Origin: Phoronis australis
Taxonomy: Eukaryota; Animalia; Phoronida
Direction of reading: 5' to 3'
Assembly: GCA_002633005.1 (NCBI GenBank)
Contig: NMRA01000664.1
Coordinates: 62,001-126,000, forward strand
DNA: 64,000 bases
Positions 52,532 through 64,000 of the stretch are shown in pieces (the stretch's first letter is position 1; every line of letters starts with the position of its first letter). A program made the translations under genes and the position numbers. The notes under the pieces were generated by a model. The model was not told the DNA's origin and made no database searches. It saw only the letters and a list, made by a program, of their open reading frames with translations.

Positions 52532-53559
52532 CTTAAGTAAACACCCTACGAGTAAACTTCAGAACAACTCAAAGCACTTTGCAAGCAAGAAAACATGCTG
52601 CCAAACTGGTTTAAAGGGATACAGTTGGTTTTAGAGTCGAAAACAATCATGTTAGTTGGGGGATCATTGTAGGATGTACTTCTAAAAGTTATTAGCATTG
52701 ACCAGAGCTGCTTTAAAGCAAATTCCATTGCATTCTGTGGCCGATTCCCAACAATGGCTTAGACATTCAGTAGAATTAAAAGAAATCGACTGCGAGTGCA
52801 CATCAAAGTATATCGAGTATCCTGGTAAAAGGCAAAAATTGGGCAAAGCAAGCATAAAAATAATTTCACCTGACATATTGTGAATGACCTTAGCTCCGCC
52901 TATTGCGCATTCTGCTGAGTTCTGTGAACAGTATATTGTTTATAAATGACCGAGTGCGCTCAGGTCGCTGAGACGAGCCTGAGTTATACCGCATGTTCAG
53001 GCACTCATGTGAATATTGTCACACTGGTCAGATGTGTTCCACTGCACGTCTGAGTCTCAAGACATCATTAAGTTCCACGGATGGACGGACAGACACACAC
53101 GTCAATTGTAATGCGTTGCGAAATATAGCTCCAAAAATGTCACGTGCAACATGTTGTTTGACTCGCATGCAGCTACACAATGTAACCAATCATGAGCTTT
53201 GCAATAATAATTGGCCTCAACTTCACACCTACCCAGAAGGCACATTCAGAAAGGATATATCATATGCAGCTATCCTCGAAACAACCTGTCCTGTCCGCAC
53301 AGCACTGGCAGGGCCTAAAAAGAATGTCGTGGACTGCAGTTGTTTTTCAAGTACTTGTGAATTAATTAGGGCTTACTAAAATCCAGCATTGAAACAATTA
53401 AGGTTCGGGATCAGAGTCCGAGTTCACCCCGCCAAAGTTTGTCAAATGTTTCAACAATTAATAAAAATTTCTTAATGACTTCCAATAATTAATCTTTATT
53501 GTAATATCTACAGTAGTGTAAATGGTGGCCAAAAACAACAGTTTCACTTGACTTAATCG

Positions 53560-54420
53560 TCAAACATTGGTTACTCCTAGCAGCCAACGCAAAGTGATCC
53601 CCTTGAGTTTGGTGGATAGAGAGGTGTAGAACAAATAAACCGCCTCAAAACTAATAAAAATGGCCGCAAGGTGGCACAGAATACAGCAAATCTGTCTGAA
53701 AATGGAGCGGTGTTGTCGTCTCCATAATAGAAACCTATTCGCTAAATTTTCCGCAGATTTGTCGAGGAACTCTGATTATAGAGCAAATGTAAAAAATAAC
53801 TAAAATTGCCACCGCGGTGCAAAGCAATGGTCAGATTCGTGCAGAGTAGTAGTCTTCTATTGTCACATTCAGAAAAAAACACTCGCTAAATTTCACAAAG
53901 ATTCTGCAAGGGCTTAAGACATACAGACACTGACCCAATGAAAATTGTCACGAGAGGTGTCACACTTAAGTCAGTCCCGTACCAAACTCAAGGTCAGAAA
54001 GGGTCTCCTAAACTGCTAGGACCACATTGTCATACTGAACCTTTGAGCAGTTTGGTGGATTAGGATGTGGACGTCAAAAATATTATAAAAATGACCACTA
54101 GGTGGCACAGAATGCATTGAATCTATCCCAAAATGGGAAGACGTTGTTTCCCAAATACCAAAGATGTCTACCAAATTTCATAAGAATCAATCAAGGAGCT
54201 CCAAACATACAAGCTGAGTCAAACGTAAAATTCTGTAACTGCCACTAGAGGACAGTCAGTGGTATAGTCAGACCGGTCTGTAACTCATCATCAACCGAGA
54301 AATCTCATTACGATCCTGCAAGGGGTTTAAGGGACACAGCAGTGGATACCAGGTGCCTAGTACACAGGTATATGCGGTCACATAAACAGATGGGAATTAT
54401 TATGCACACATTAGCAATTA
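53560..54420 (+). mobile_element. Helentron-like ccactag family, diverged copy
   Basis: atggccgcaaggtggcac, atgaccactaggtggcac and gccactagaggacag units at ~140-bp spacing. Confidence 0.6.
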
Positions 54421-54967
54421 TCGCCACTTTCACAATAGTGCAAAACATAAGGGGGTCAACTTGAATGCTAGCAGCGTAATACATGCTCTTGACATACTAA
54501 ATGTGATAATTTGAAAACTTAGGCAAAATCCATTTGAAAAACATAACAAAACAAAAAAATTCGTATTGGAAAGTCCTGACCCTCTGTGGACATATTTAGG
54601 CAATTTTTTTAGCAAAATCTATTTTCAAGAAAAATTGTAAGCATGCGCAATAGCTAAGTAACATGGTCTGTTTTTTCAGATCTTTTGGAATAGCTTTCTG
54701 ACTCTCGGGTGAACTGGTGATCTGGGATTGTACGCCTGATTAAGGGATATAAAGCTGACCTATACTTTATACAAAATTTTTGTATTGTATTTTATTATTT
54801 GGATGAGTAGAGCACCTAGGCACCTAGATGCAGTTCACTGGTCAATAACAATTTCAAAATTTTTGCACAATTTCAGGACTGTGGAAACAAGTCGTTTTGT
54901 AGACACGCCACACACAAACGGCGATAATTGTAAGTGGTACCTTACCATATTGTAGACTAAATAAAGA

Positions 54968-56672
54968 ACAAGAGCAACGTAAAGCATTGACATGCGTCCA
55001 TGAATGCATTGCAAATGGTGTTCTTTTAGGGTTATTTATTCGTATCATAAAAATGGACACTAGATGACGCAAAAACATACAATCCATCCAAAAACAGAAA
55101 CATGCCATATTTCCTAAAAATCTGTCAAGGAACTACAGAGAAACAAAGGAAAACAGAATAAAATGAAATTGCCACTAGTGGGCACACAGTGTCCGTTGGA
55201 TCCGCCTGAAAGTCGTCGTTGTCTGTTGTTATCTTCATATAAATAAACTACTTACAAAATTTAGTAAAGATCCTGCAATGGTTTAAGAAATGAGCGCAAA
55301 ACAAAACTACCACTAGGAGGCGCCACAGTAGTCAGTCACCATCATCAAAGGTCGTCTTCACACTGAGAACACATATTCCAATTTTCAAATGATTTGGTTG
55401 ATACAGTGGTGGACACCAAAAACAAAATTTGAAAACAGCAAAAATGGCCACTAGGTGGTGCAAAATACCTCAATTCCATCCAAAAACAGGAAGATAGCGT
55501 CATCACACCAATAGAGGCCTATATTTCAAATTTTATGAAAATCTGTTGAGGACCTTTGAAGACACTGAGTTAAACGTAAAAAACTAAAATTGCCACTAGG
55601 GGACACAGCAGGAATCAGATCTATCCGAAAGTCGTCGTCATCCGTAGTCAACATCATATAAATACACTTGCTAAATTAAGTAAAGATCCTGCGAACGGTT
55701 TAGGAGATACAGCCATAGGCACAACAAAAACAAAACTACAACTAGGAGGCGCCACAGTAGTCAAAATCGGCGGAAAATTATTGTCAACCATCCTCTTTAT
55801 AGTAAGCACATACATGACAATTTTCACAATCATCCTTTGAGCGGTTTGGTTGATGGAGGGGTGGATGCAAAAAACAGACTCAAAAACAGTAAAAATGGCC
55901 ACTAGGTGGCGCAAAAAGTCGAATCCATCCGAAAACGGGAGGATACCGTCACCTCAATAATAGGTGCCTATATATTAAATTTCATGAAAATTCGTTAAGG
56001 ACTTTTGAAGATAAGATAAACGTAAAAAGAAATAAAATTGCCACTAGGGGGCACACGGGTAGTCGGATCTGTCCAAAAGTCGTTGTCGTCCGTTGTTAAC
56101 GTCATATAAATATACTTACTAAATTTCATAAAGATCCTGCGAACGGTTTAGGAGATACAGCCATAGGCGCAAAAAAACTGCCACTAAGAGGCGAAATCGT
56201 TGGAAAATTGTCAACCGTCCTCTTCATAATAAGCACATACATGCCCATTTTCACAATCATCCTTTGAGCGGTTTGATTGATAGAGGGGTGGACGCAAAAA
56301 AACAGACCCGAAAACAGTAAAAATGGCCACTAGGTGGCGCAAACTATGTTAATTCCATCCGAAAACGGGAGGATAGTGTCATCTCACTAAAAGGTGCCTA
56401 CATTCCAAATTTCATGAAAATCCGTTCAGGAGTTTTGAAGATACAAAGGTAAGCGTAAAAAACTAAAATTGCCACTAGGGGGCATACCAGTAGTCGGATC
56501 CGTCCGAAAGTTCACTCATGCCGTCCCATTCATGAATGGAACATATGTGCCAAATTTCTTGAACGTATGTCAAACGGTTTTGGAGATAGAGCAGCGGTCG
56601 CCGGATGGACGCTACCCGGACAGACGGACGGAGATGATGACATAATGCGTCCACATATATGTGGGCGCATAA
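54968..56672 (+). mobile_element. Helentron/DINE-like element, longest intact copy (11 internal repeat units)
   Basis: 5' acaagagcaacg...atgcgtccatg, 11 ccactag units, cggacagacggacgg microsatellite, 3' palindrome atgcgtccacatatatgtgggcgcat followed by an A-run. Confidence 0.75.
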
Positions 56673-56707
56673 AAACAGAAGCAGATATCGAGATCTGTTG
56701 CACTTAC

Positions 56708-56810
56708 CCGATGTGGCATGTTTGGCATCGTGTTTTTTGACAGAACTTGAGAACGAAATGTCTTCAAAGTTCAACACGACCGCATCTTCCAAAGAAATAA
56801 CAGGCTGGTC
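56708..56810 (-). CDS. Candidate exon of an unknown minus-strand gene
   Basis: tgtttcag acceptor and perfect gtaagt donor. DQPVISLEDAVVLNFEDISFSSSVKKHDAKHATS, phase 0-1, compatible with 52340-52531. Confidence 0.35.
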
Positions 56811-57673
56811 CTGAAACAGTTGATGAAAGTTAAAAGGGACTGAATCGCACCTCAGACTACGAAGAGTCTTTTGTTATATTTCAATATCAGTTTATGTGCT
56901 ATCTTGACCAAAAGCCAACAGGGGTGATTTGAAATAGGGTACGCGCGTGAGCACGAGTTTGACCCACAAAATCTTACAGTCCCCAGTCAGCTTAAAAAAA
57001 TCCTAAGCTAACACCCTCACTGATAGAGACTGAGCAACTCGATTGATTTGTGTAACTCGAAATCCGCCGGCATTGACCAAAAGACACCATGCTCTTGTAG
57101 TACATTACATCGCTTCAGGCTGCTGATGTCATCGTTCTCTAGATAATCAGACCCATCATAAACACATTGGGGGGTGACACAGTATTTGAAAATTTTCATT
57201 TCGAAAGGTTTCAAATAGCATACTTGAAAAGTTCATGGAAAGTACCTGTACGTGGGATTTGGTATATATAGTTTCGAAAAATGGAGAATGCAGCTTTTAC
57301 AACCTAAAACCTAATGTATAATGTTGCCATATTTTGTTCCTCTTCTGCTTGGGGTGCAACATAATTGGGCCAATTACCAAACCACCTGGTAGCAGTTGGA
57401 TTTTGAGGTAAGCTTTGTATCATCATACAATGCTTGGCAGGAAGATCAATTTACCCTTGCCATCACTAAAACACGTTCACTCGCTAGTTTAGGTTACGAA
57501 GAAACTTGCTTAATTTCTCAGTGAATCTGCAATAACAAACATGCAGCGTGGAATTTTTATTGTACTTACAAAAAAGTATTGCTCAGAAAAATCTAAAGTT
57601 TCCAATTAATTTTGAACTTTGTTAAGTTACATCTCCTAAATAAAATGGCGCACTTGTTGATAATTCCTTGTAA

Positions 57674-59522
57674 ACAAGAGCAACGCGGAGCGTTGAAATG
57701 CGCCCATGAATGCATCGCAAATGGTGTGCTTTTAGGGTTATTTATTTGTATCATAATAATCAGGGCTTGGAATGACCAATGACAAAAAACGCGGAAACTT
57801 TTACGGCCCAAATCATGCCCGATAACCAGCCTTTGAAATGGTCAATGTGAACCTGTCCGCGACAAAAATCGGGAGGACTAAAAAAACGTTACCACCATCA
57901 GTAGCATGCATCTGCGTCCTTTTCGCTCGCTCGCCCGTCCACTCCCAACTCACACAAATATGGCTGCAGAGCGGTAGTATTTGTCGCTGCACTGAACAAT
58001 AACACGAGCCGCCATTGAAAATCAGACCACGCTTTACCCAGATGCCCCGGCAATGTTGACAATTTATGTTCCTCCGAAACATAAAGACTTCCGTTTTCCG
58101 AGGTGAACGTCGTCTGCAACGCCGCGGTAAGAAAGGAATTTGCCGCGGAAATTTCATATCAAATCCGATTTTTTTACGTGGAAATATTATAAAAAAAAGC
58201 GGAAAGCACATTTCAAAAAAGCGGAAATCCGCGTTTCCGCTGAAAATTCCAAGCCCTGAATAATGGCCACTAAATGGCGCAAAAACGTACAATCCATCCA
58301 AAAAAAGGGAACATGCCATATTTCATAAAAGCCTGTCAAGGAACCCCAGAGAACCAAAGGAAAACACAGCAAAATGAAATTGCCACTTGTGGGCACAGCG
58401 TCCGTTCGAACCGCCTGAAAGACGTGGTCACTTACTAAATTAAATAAAGATCCTGCAGAGGGTTTTGGAGATACAGCTATGGGCGCAAATCAAAGTAAAA
58501 CTACCACAAGGAGGCACCACAGTAGTCAGTTGCCATCATCAAACGTCCTCTTCACACTGAAAACATATATGCCAATTTTCAAAACCATCCCTAGAAAGAT
58601 TTGGTTGATCGAGGGGTAGACGTCAAAAACAAGATTTGAAGACAGCAAAAATGACCACCAGGTGGCGCAAAATACCTCGCTTCCATCCAAAAATAGGATG
58701 ATAGCACCGTCTCACCAATAGATGCCAATATTCAAAATTTTATGAAAATCTTTGAAGATACAGACTGGCAAACTAAAACTAAAATTGCCACTCGAAAACA
58801 GCAAAAATGGCAACTAGGTGGCGCAAACTAGGTCGAATTCCTCTGAAAACAGAGATAGCATCACCTCATTAACAGATGTCAGTACGCCAAATTTTATGAA
58901 AATACGTTAAGGACCCTTGAACATACAGAGGTTAACGTAAAATAATTAAAATTGTCACTAGGTGGCACACCAGTAGTCAGATCCGTCTGAAAGTCGTCGT
59001 CCTTCGTTTTTAACACCATATAAATAGTACACTTAAGTACTAAATTTAGTAAAGATCCTGCGAACAGTTTACGAGACACAGCCATAGGAGCAAAAAAAAA
59101 CAAAACTGACTCTAGGAGGTGCCACAGTAGTCGAAGTCGTCGGAAAATCATTGTCGGCCATCCACTTCAAAGTAAGAACATACATGCCACAATCATCCCT
59201 TGAGCGCTTTGGTTGATAGAGGGGCTCGAAAACAGTAAAAGTGGCCACTAGGTGGCGCAAACTACAATGAATCCATCCGAAAACGGGAGGATAGCCTCAT
59301 CTCACTAATAGGTGCCTTTATACCAAATTTCATGAAAATCCGTTCAGGACTTTTAAGCGTAAAAAACTAAAATTGCCACTAGGGGGCACACTAGTAGTCG
59401 GATCCGTCCGAAAGTTCGCTCATGCTGTCCCATTCATGGAAGGAACACATGTGCAAAATTTCATGACCATACATCAAGGCGTTTTGGAGATAGAGTCCAC
59501 ATATAAATATGTGGGCGCATAA
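57674..59522 (+). mobile_element. Helentron/DINE-like element with nested MITE
   Basis: Same 5' (acaagagcaacg..atgcgcccatg) and 3' (ccacatataaatatgtgggcgcat) ends. Interrupted at 57761-58258. Confidence 0.75.
57761..58258. mobile_element. 498-bp MITE, 13-bp TIR, 6-bp TSD
   Basis: aataat|cagggcttggaat ... attccaagccctg|aataat. Confidence 0.88.
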
Positions 59523-59875
59523 TAATGTAGTAAATAAACATGCGCATATTGTATTGTTCAAAATTTCTTGTAATGTAAATAGTCATGCTAGACTGAAGTA
59601 AAAAAATGAACCTGAAAAAATTCCCTTGTCTCATCAATACATTGGCTTATTGGTTTAGGTTATCAGGAAACTCGAGTATATTATCCACAAACGTGCAGCG
59701 AGGAACAATTAGTGTACTTATAGAAAACGAAACAAGCATTTACATGATCTATTCTCAAATGTTGTGCATCTGCTGGTTCAAGTGGGGATGCGATGTAACA
59801 AAATAACATTCATCCATAGGTATTTCATTAGAGGGTTTTGTGTGCACATCACTGCACTCATGAACCTCAATTTAA

Positions 59876-61147
59876 AGGAGAATGCAACCTTTTTTCATGT
59901 CATGTTTTAATAAAAATACAGTTGATTATCCCAGACGCAATTTTCAGTAAATAAATGTTTCAGTAATGTTATTAATTAGGCGTGCCTTACTCCGGAAGTG
60001 ACGGTTAGGGGATTACGAATTTCCCGCCGTTTTGCTTTCATACAGTTTTGACTGTGTGAGCTGTCAAGTCAGTCATTGTTTTACCTCGGTTGTGGTAAGT
60101 CCAGTCGTCGTTAGCACTTGTTTACGAGTCAGTCAATACCCTGCACGGTTGCTGCGTACCGGGATGTACTCATTATCGTCTCATGCGCACTTTGGGTATT
60201 CCATTACATCGGTTTCCGAAAGATGACACAATCCGCCGCACTTGACTCATTCGTGTGAAGAACACAGCGTTACCCGTCCACAAATCGGAGCATTACCGAG
60301 TGTGTGGCAAGCATTTTCTGAAGTCGGATTACGAAATTAAGATTTATACACAGAATTGATGGAGTACTGTTCCTGCAAAACAACACTGTTGATTTGTGGC
60401 AGTCCGCTGTTGCCACCCCCAAGAAGTGCATTTTTGAAGGTAGCTGTGGCCTCTACAGTGTCTGCAGCCCAGAGCCTGTAAGCAGTCCTGCAGAGATGTT
60501 TAGTAATGGGAGAGCATACAGGCCCAGTTTGACACCCAGTGAGGACAGTTCATCGTCCAGTGAACAGGCCGGTGAGCCAAACTTTGATAAGTTTATTGTG
60601 GATTTGACTAAAGTATTGGAGACATTTAGAAGGTGCCAGGTGTGTGGCGAGGGAGTCACACGGCGGGATGTAAGAAGTTTGGGTGGTCAAGTCCCCATCC
60701 AGTGGGAACAGCAAAGGCATTCCACTGAGGTCAGCATAACAGTGTACACCGTGCATTTGGACCAAGACATCCGACCACGTCTCTCCTCGGTTTCTGCCTC
60801 AACAGCTGTCTGAGCATATTCTGCCTCACTGAACTCGGGCTCAAACATAGAGTGTTCGCAAAACATTCGCCACCTCGTCACTGTCTGTGATATGGGTCGC
60901 CGTGACGACAAAGAAAGTTAGGAAACCAGGACAAAAACAACAGTAAATCAGATCCTGACAGAAAAATTAACTCAAACGCAGAAACAAAATAGCGGGAAAT
61001 TTTTAACCCCTTAAACGTCACTTGCGTAGTAGGGCACGGTTATCTCATAAAATTACGGGAAGCCGTAATTAACTGAAACATATGTTTGGGATAATCAATG
61101 AACCACATTTTTACTAAAAATGACACGGAAAAAAGTTGCTTTCTCCT
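59876..61147 (+). mobile_element. Kolobok-like element, internally deleted: THAP transposase 5' part plus convergent Cys-rich accessory gene
   Basis: ttaa|aggagaatgcaacc ... gttgctttctcct|ttag. THAP GCCVPGC...LHRFPKD..RRT*L..V...RVCGKHFLKSDY, then FIVDLTKVLETFRRCQVCG. Minus strand has KCTVYTVMLTSVECLCC. Confidence 0.78.
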
Positions 61148-61448
61148 TTAGAGGAGTTATTTGCTGGCACAGGAGACGAAAATATTTTTGCTAAAAAATC
61201 ACACAACATTGAATTGCATTAAAATAGCTACAATAGGTATGAATGAACATTTGTTTAACAACCACCATTAAACGTCACCTCATATTTCAATGAGTCATCC
61301 CCGCAACATGTTAATAGCCCATAAAAGGTGAGATGACTCACACTATTAACGAGCTGGGAAACACAGACGAGACACCAGAAATTGTTATAGCGAGCAAAAA
61401 CACACAAACCAATTAATAAACGCAAATAATGTAACTACACAGAAAGAC

Positions 61449-61592
61449 CTGCTCTCTATTTTGTTTGCCAGTGCTTGAAAAACAGCGAGGTGTCGTTGTA
61501 TTGGAGAAATGCGAGAAGCTACTCATGGGTGACACAGTGGATAAAACCAGATCAGTAATATCTTCAGCGATGACGACTTCCTCTCCACCACG
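61449..61592 (-). CDS. Candidate exon of an unknown minus-strand gene
   Basis: ttttgcag acceptor, weak gtcttt donor, 144 nt, phase 0-0. RGGEEVVIAEDITDLVLSTVSPMSS... Confidence 0.25.
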
Positions 61593-61848
61593 CTGCAAAA
61601 CAACAACTTCAGTATGTCACAATTAGCTCAAGGGAGATGTGCTGCATAAATGATCATAACAGAATGGTTGGCCTAAGTGTTAATTAATCAACCTTTTTAT
61701 AGATGAGATGTCACTGGATTGTCGTAAACAGTTTGCTTACAACAAACAAAACAAGTAGTAAACTACATTTCTACCCAAAAGGTAGCAAAACAATCACATA
61801 TTCCACAAATCTGTAGACTTATTATTATGGATGTGCTTGCTGTCCATA

Positions 61849-63470
61849 CCAAGAGCAATGCAGAGTTTTGAAATGTGAGCATGACTACAATGCAAACAGT
61901 GTGCTTCTTAGGGTGTTTATCATGAGTGACAAAAAGTGGACACTAGGTGGCGCAGAATACGTCAAATCCATCCCAAAATAGAAAGATGCCATGTCCATCA
62001 TAACAGAAACTTGTTTGTCAAATTAAAATAAAAACTGTCAAAGAACTATGAAGATGCAGAGGCAAATGTAAAAACTAAAATTTTAACTAGGGGGTACAGT
62101 GGTAGCCAGAACCATCCAAAAGTCGTAAGCAGCCGTAGTCATATTTATAGCATAATACCTACAAAATTTCAAAAAGAACCTTCAAAGGAGTGAGGAGATA
62201 CAGCCGAGGATGCAAAAAAGTAAAAAAATTGCCACCAGGAGGTGTCACAGTTGTCACATTTGTTCAGAAATCAAGACTCTCCTTATCAGTAATGATACGG
62301 ATTTGAAAAAAATAAATATAGTCACTAGTAGGTGGTGCAAAAACACATCAAATCCCTACGCAAATGGAAGACTACCGCCAACTCCTCAATAGAAACCTAT
62401 TTGCCAAATTTCCGAAAAACGCAACGATGAACTCCAAAAATACAGAGGCTAACATACAAACCACAACTGCCACTAGGGGGCACAGTAGTAGTCGAAAGGG
62501 TAGGAAACTCGTCATAATATGTTGTCAGGTCCATAGGAGCACATCCGCCAAATTTCAAAAGGGTTAAGCAGCCGTACATGAAAAACGCCACCAGAGGGCA
62601 CCAAAGTAGTCAAACCTGTCTGAATATCACCGTAAGCCGCAGCCTTCTCAACTGAAACACATCTGCCAATTCTCAAAACAATCCTTTAAGTAGTTTGGCG
62701 GATAGAGATGCAACCCTAAAAATGGACTCGAAACTGATAAAAATTCCCACTAGGAGGCACACAGTATGTAAAATCTGTCCAAAAATGGAAAGGCATTGTT
62801 GTAACTTTCATAGAAACCTATTTGCCAGGTTTCACGAAAAACCATAAATGAACTCCAAAAATACAAGTCAGGAAAATGCAAAAAAAATTAACTACGGGGC
62901 ACACCAATCGTTGGATTGGGCTGAAACTTATCATCAGACGTTGTCAGCTCCATAGAAACACATATGCGAAATTTCCCAAAATTCTTACAAATTGATAAAG
63001 AGATACAGCCATGGCTGCAAAACTAACAAGTCCAAAATCAACAACAACTGCAGTATCCTCATCATAAACTCACCTGCCATTCATAAAGATCCTTCAGGCG
63101 GTTTGGCAGATAGAAAGGCGGACACCAAATAAATTGCCACTATGTGGCGCAGAATCATCAAACAGATCCGAAAAAGGAAAGATGACGTCGTCTTCATAAT
63201 AGAAACCTGTATGCCATATTCTATGAAAATACACCCAAGAATTACAAAGACACAGAGACAACCGTAAAAAACTAAAATTGCAACTAGGGGGCACAATGGT
63301 AGTTGAATCAATCCGAAATTCGTCGTCATCCGTTGTCAGCTTCATAAAAGCACATCTGTCAAATCTCATTGAGATCCTGCACGGGGTTTAGGAGATACAG
63401 CTTTGGAAGCAGGACGCCCAGACAGAGGTGACGGCAATATGCACTCAGATGTAAATATGTGGGTGTATAA
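61849..63470 (+). mobile_element. Helentron-like ccactag family, diverged full-length copy
   Basis: 5' caagagcaatg..aaatgtgagcatg, about 10 degenerate units, 3' atatgtgggtgtataa. Confidence 0.65.
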
Positions 63471-64000
63471 GAAGGTCTAAGAAGAATTGTGCAAGTAGAA
63501 GTCAATGACTGGTACTACCCTCTAATAAAATGAGTGTTCAAAACCTTTTAGAGAAGCAAATAAGCCTGTGGACCCACTTCGCAAACAAAATCTCACTAAA
63601 CATGCATGCCCATGTATACGGTCACATGAAAGACGATCCACAAACCTAGCAATGTTGTAATGAATAAATCAAATAGATGCTGGAATGCTGTGCAGTTACC
63701 GACGGAGTCTAAAATAGTAAAGCTAGTAAAAATAAAAATAAAACAAGCGTTGGTACTATTATATTGAAATGATCCCTCGTTTCGAGCGATGCGCTCTTTG
63801 TCAAGGGTATGATACAGACTGCCACGTTGTAATGCTGTAACAAACAGCCATCTTTTGTGTTCATCACAAATTGATCACGAATGCTTGTGGATAGAAACTG
63901 AATTGCAACCAATCGAAAACTTAGTAGTACACGAATGTCGGGACAGAAACATAACTAAACAGAAATAAGCATTACCACAAAATCTCCTTGCTTTTCTTCA

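Noticed and set aside
55654-59260. Recurrent ORFs 'MRHLVAIF..FE' on the minus strand
   Set aside because: Translations of the ccactag repeat units. Frames are not conserved between copies.

Overview
AT-rich, intron-rich animal genomic DNA. It looks like a marine invertebrate, but the species cannot be read from the sequence. The window has one 618-N gap (5316-5933) and four single-N breaks. Positions 294-36896 (+) hold the 3' part of one multi-exon gene. Its exons encode an astacin (M12A) zinc-metalloprotease domain (HEIGHAIGLYHEH, SIMHY Met-turn), an EGF-like module and at least 10 ShK (ShKT) six-cysteine domains. Two ShK exons and a candidate last exon are absent from the ORF track. The exon for the C-terminal part of the protease domain is missing from the assembly. 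The introns contain TTAA-targeting THAP-bearing Kolobok-like elements, a decayed SWIM+YqaJ (ISL2EU-type) gene, LINE fragments, MITEs and a 33-bp minisatellite. Downstream, 37.9-40.3 kb (-) looks like a decayed Mab-21/cGAS-like coding segment, possibly linked to scattered minus-strand exons up to 61.6 kb. The 43.9-63.5 kb region is dominated by about 7 copies of a Helentron/DINE-like non-autonomous element. Its internal ~143-bp repeats each carry a co-oriented, near-consensus CTCF-type motif (e.g. TGGCCACTAGGTGGCGC).
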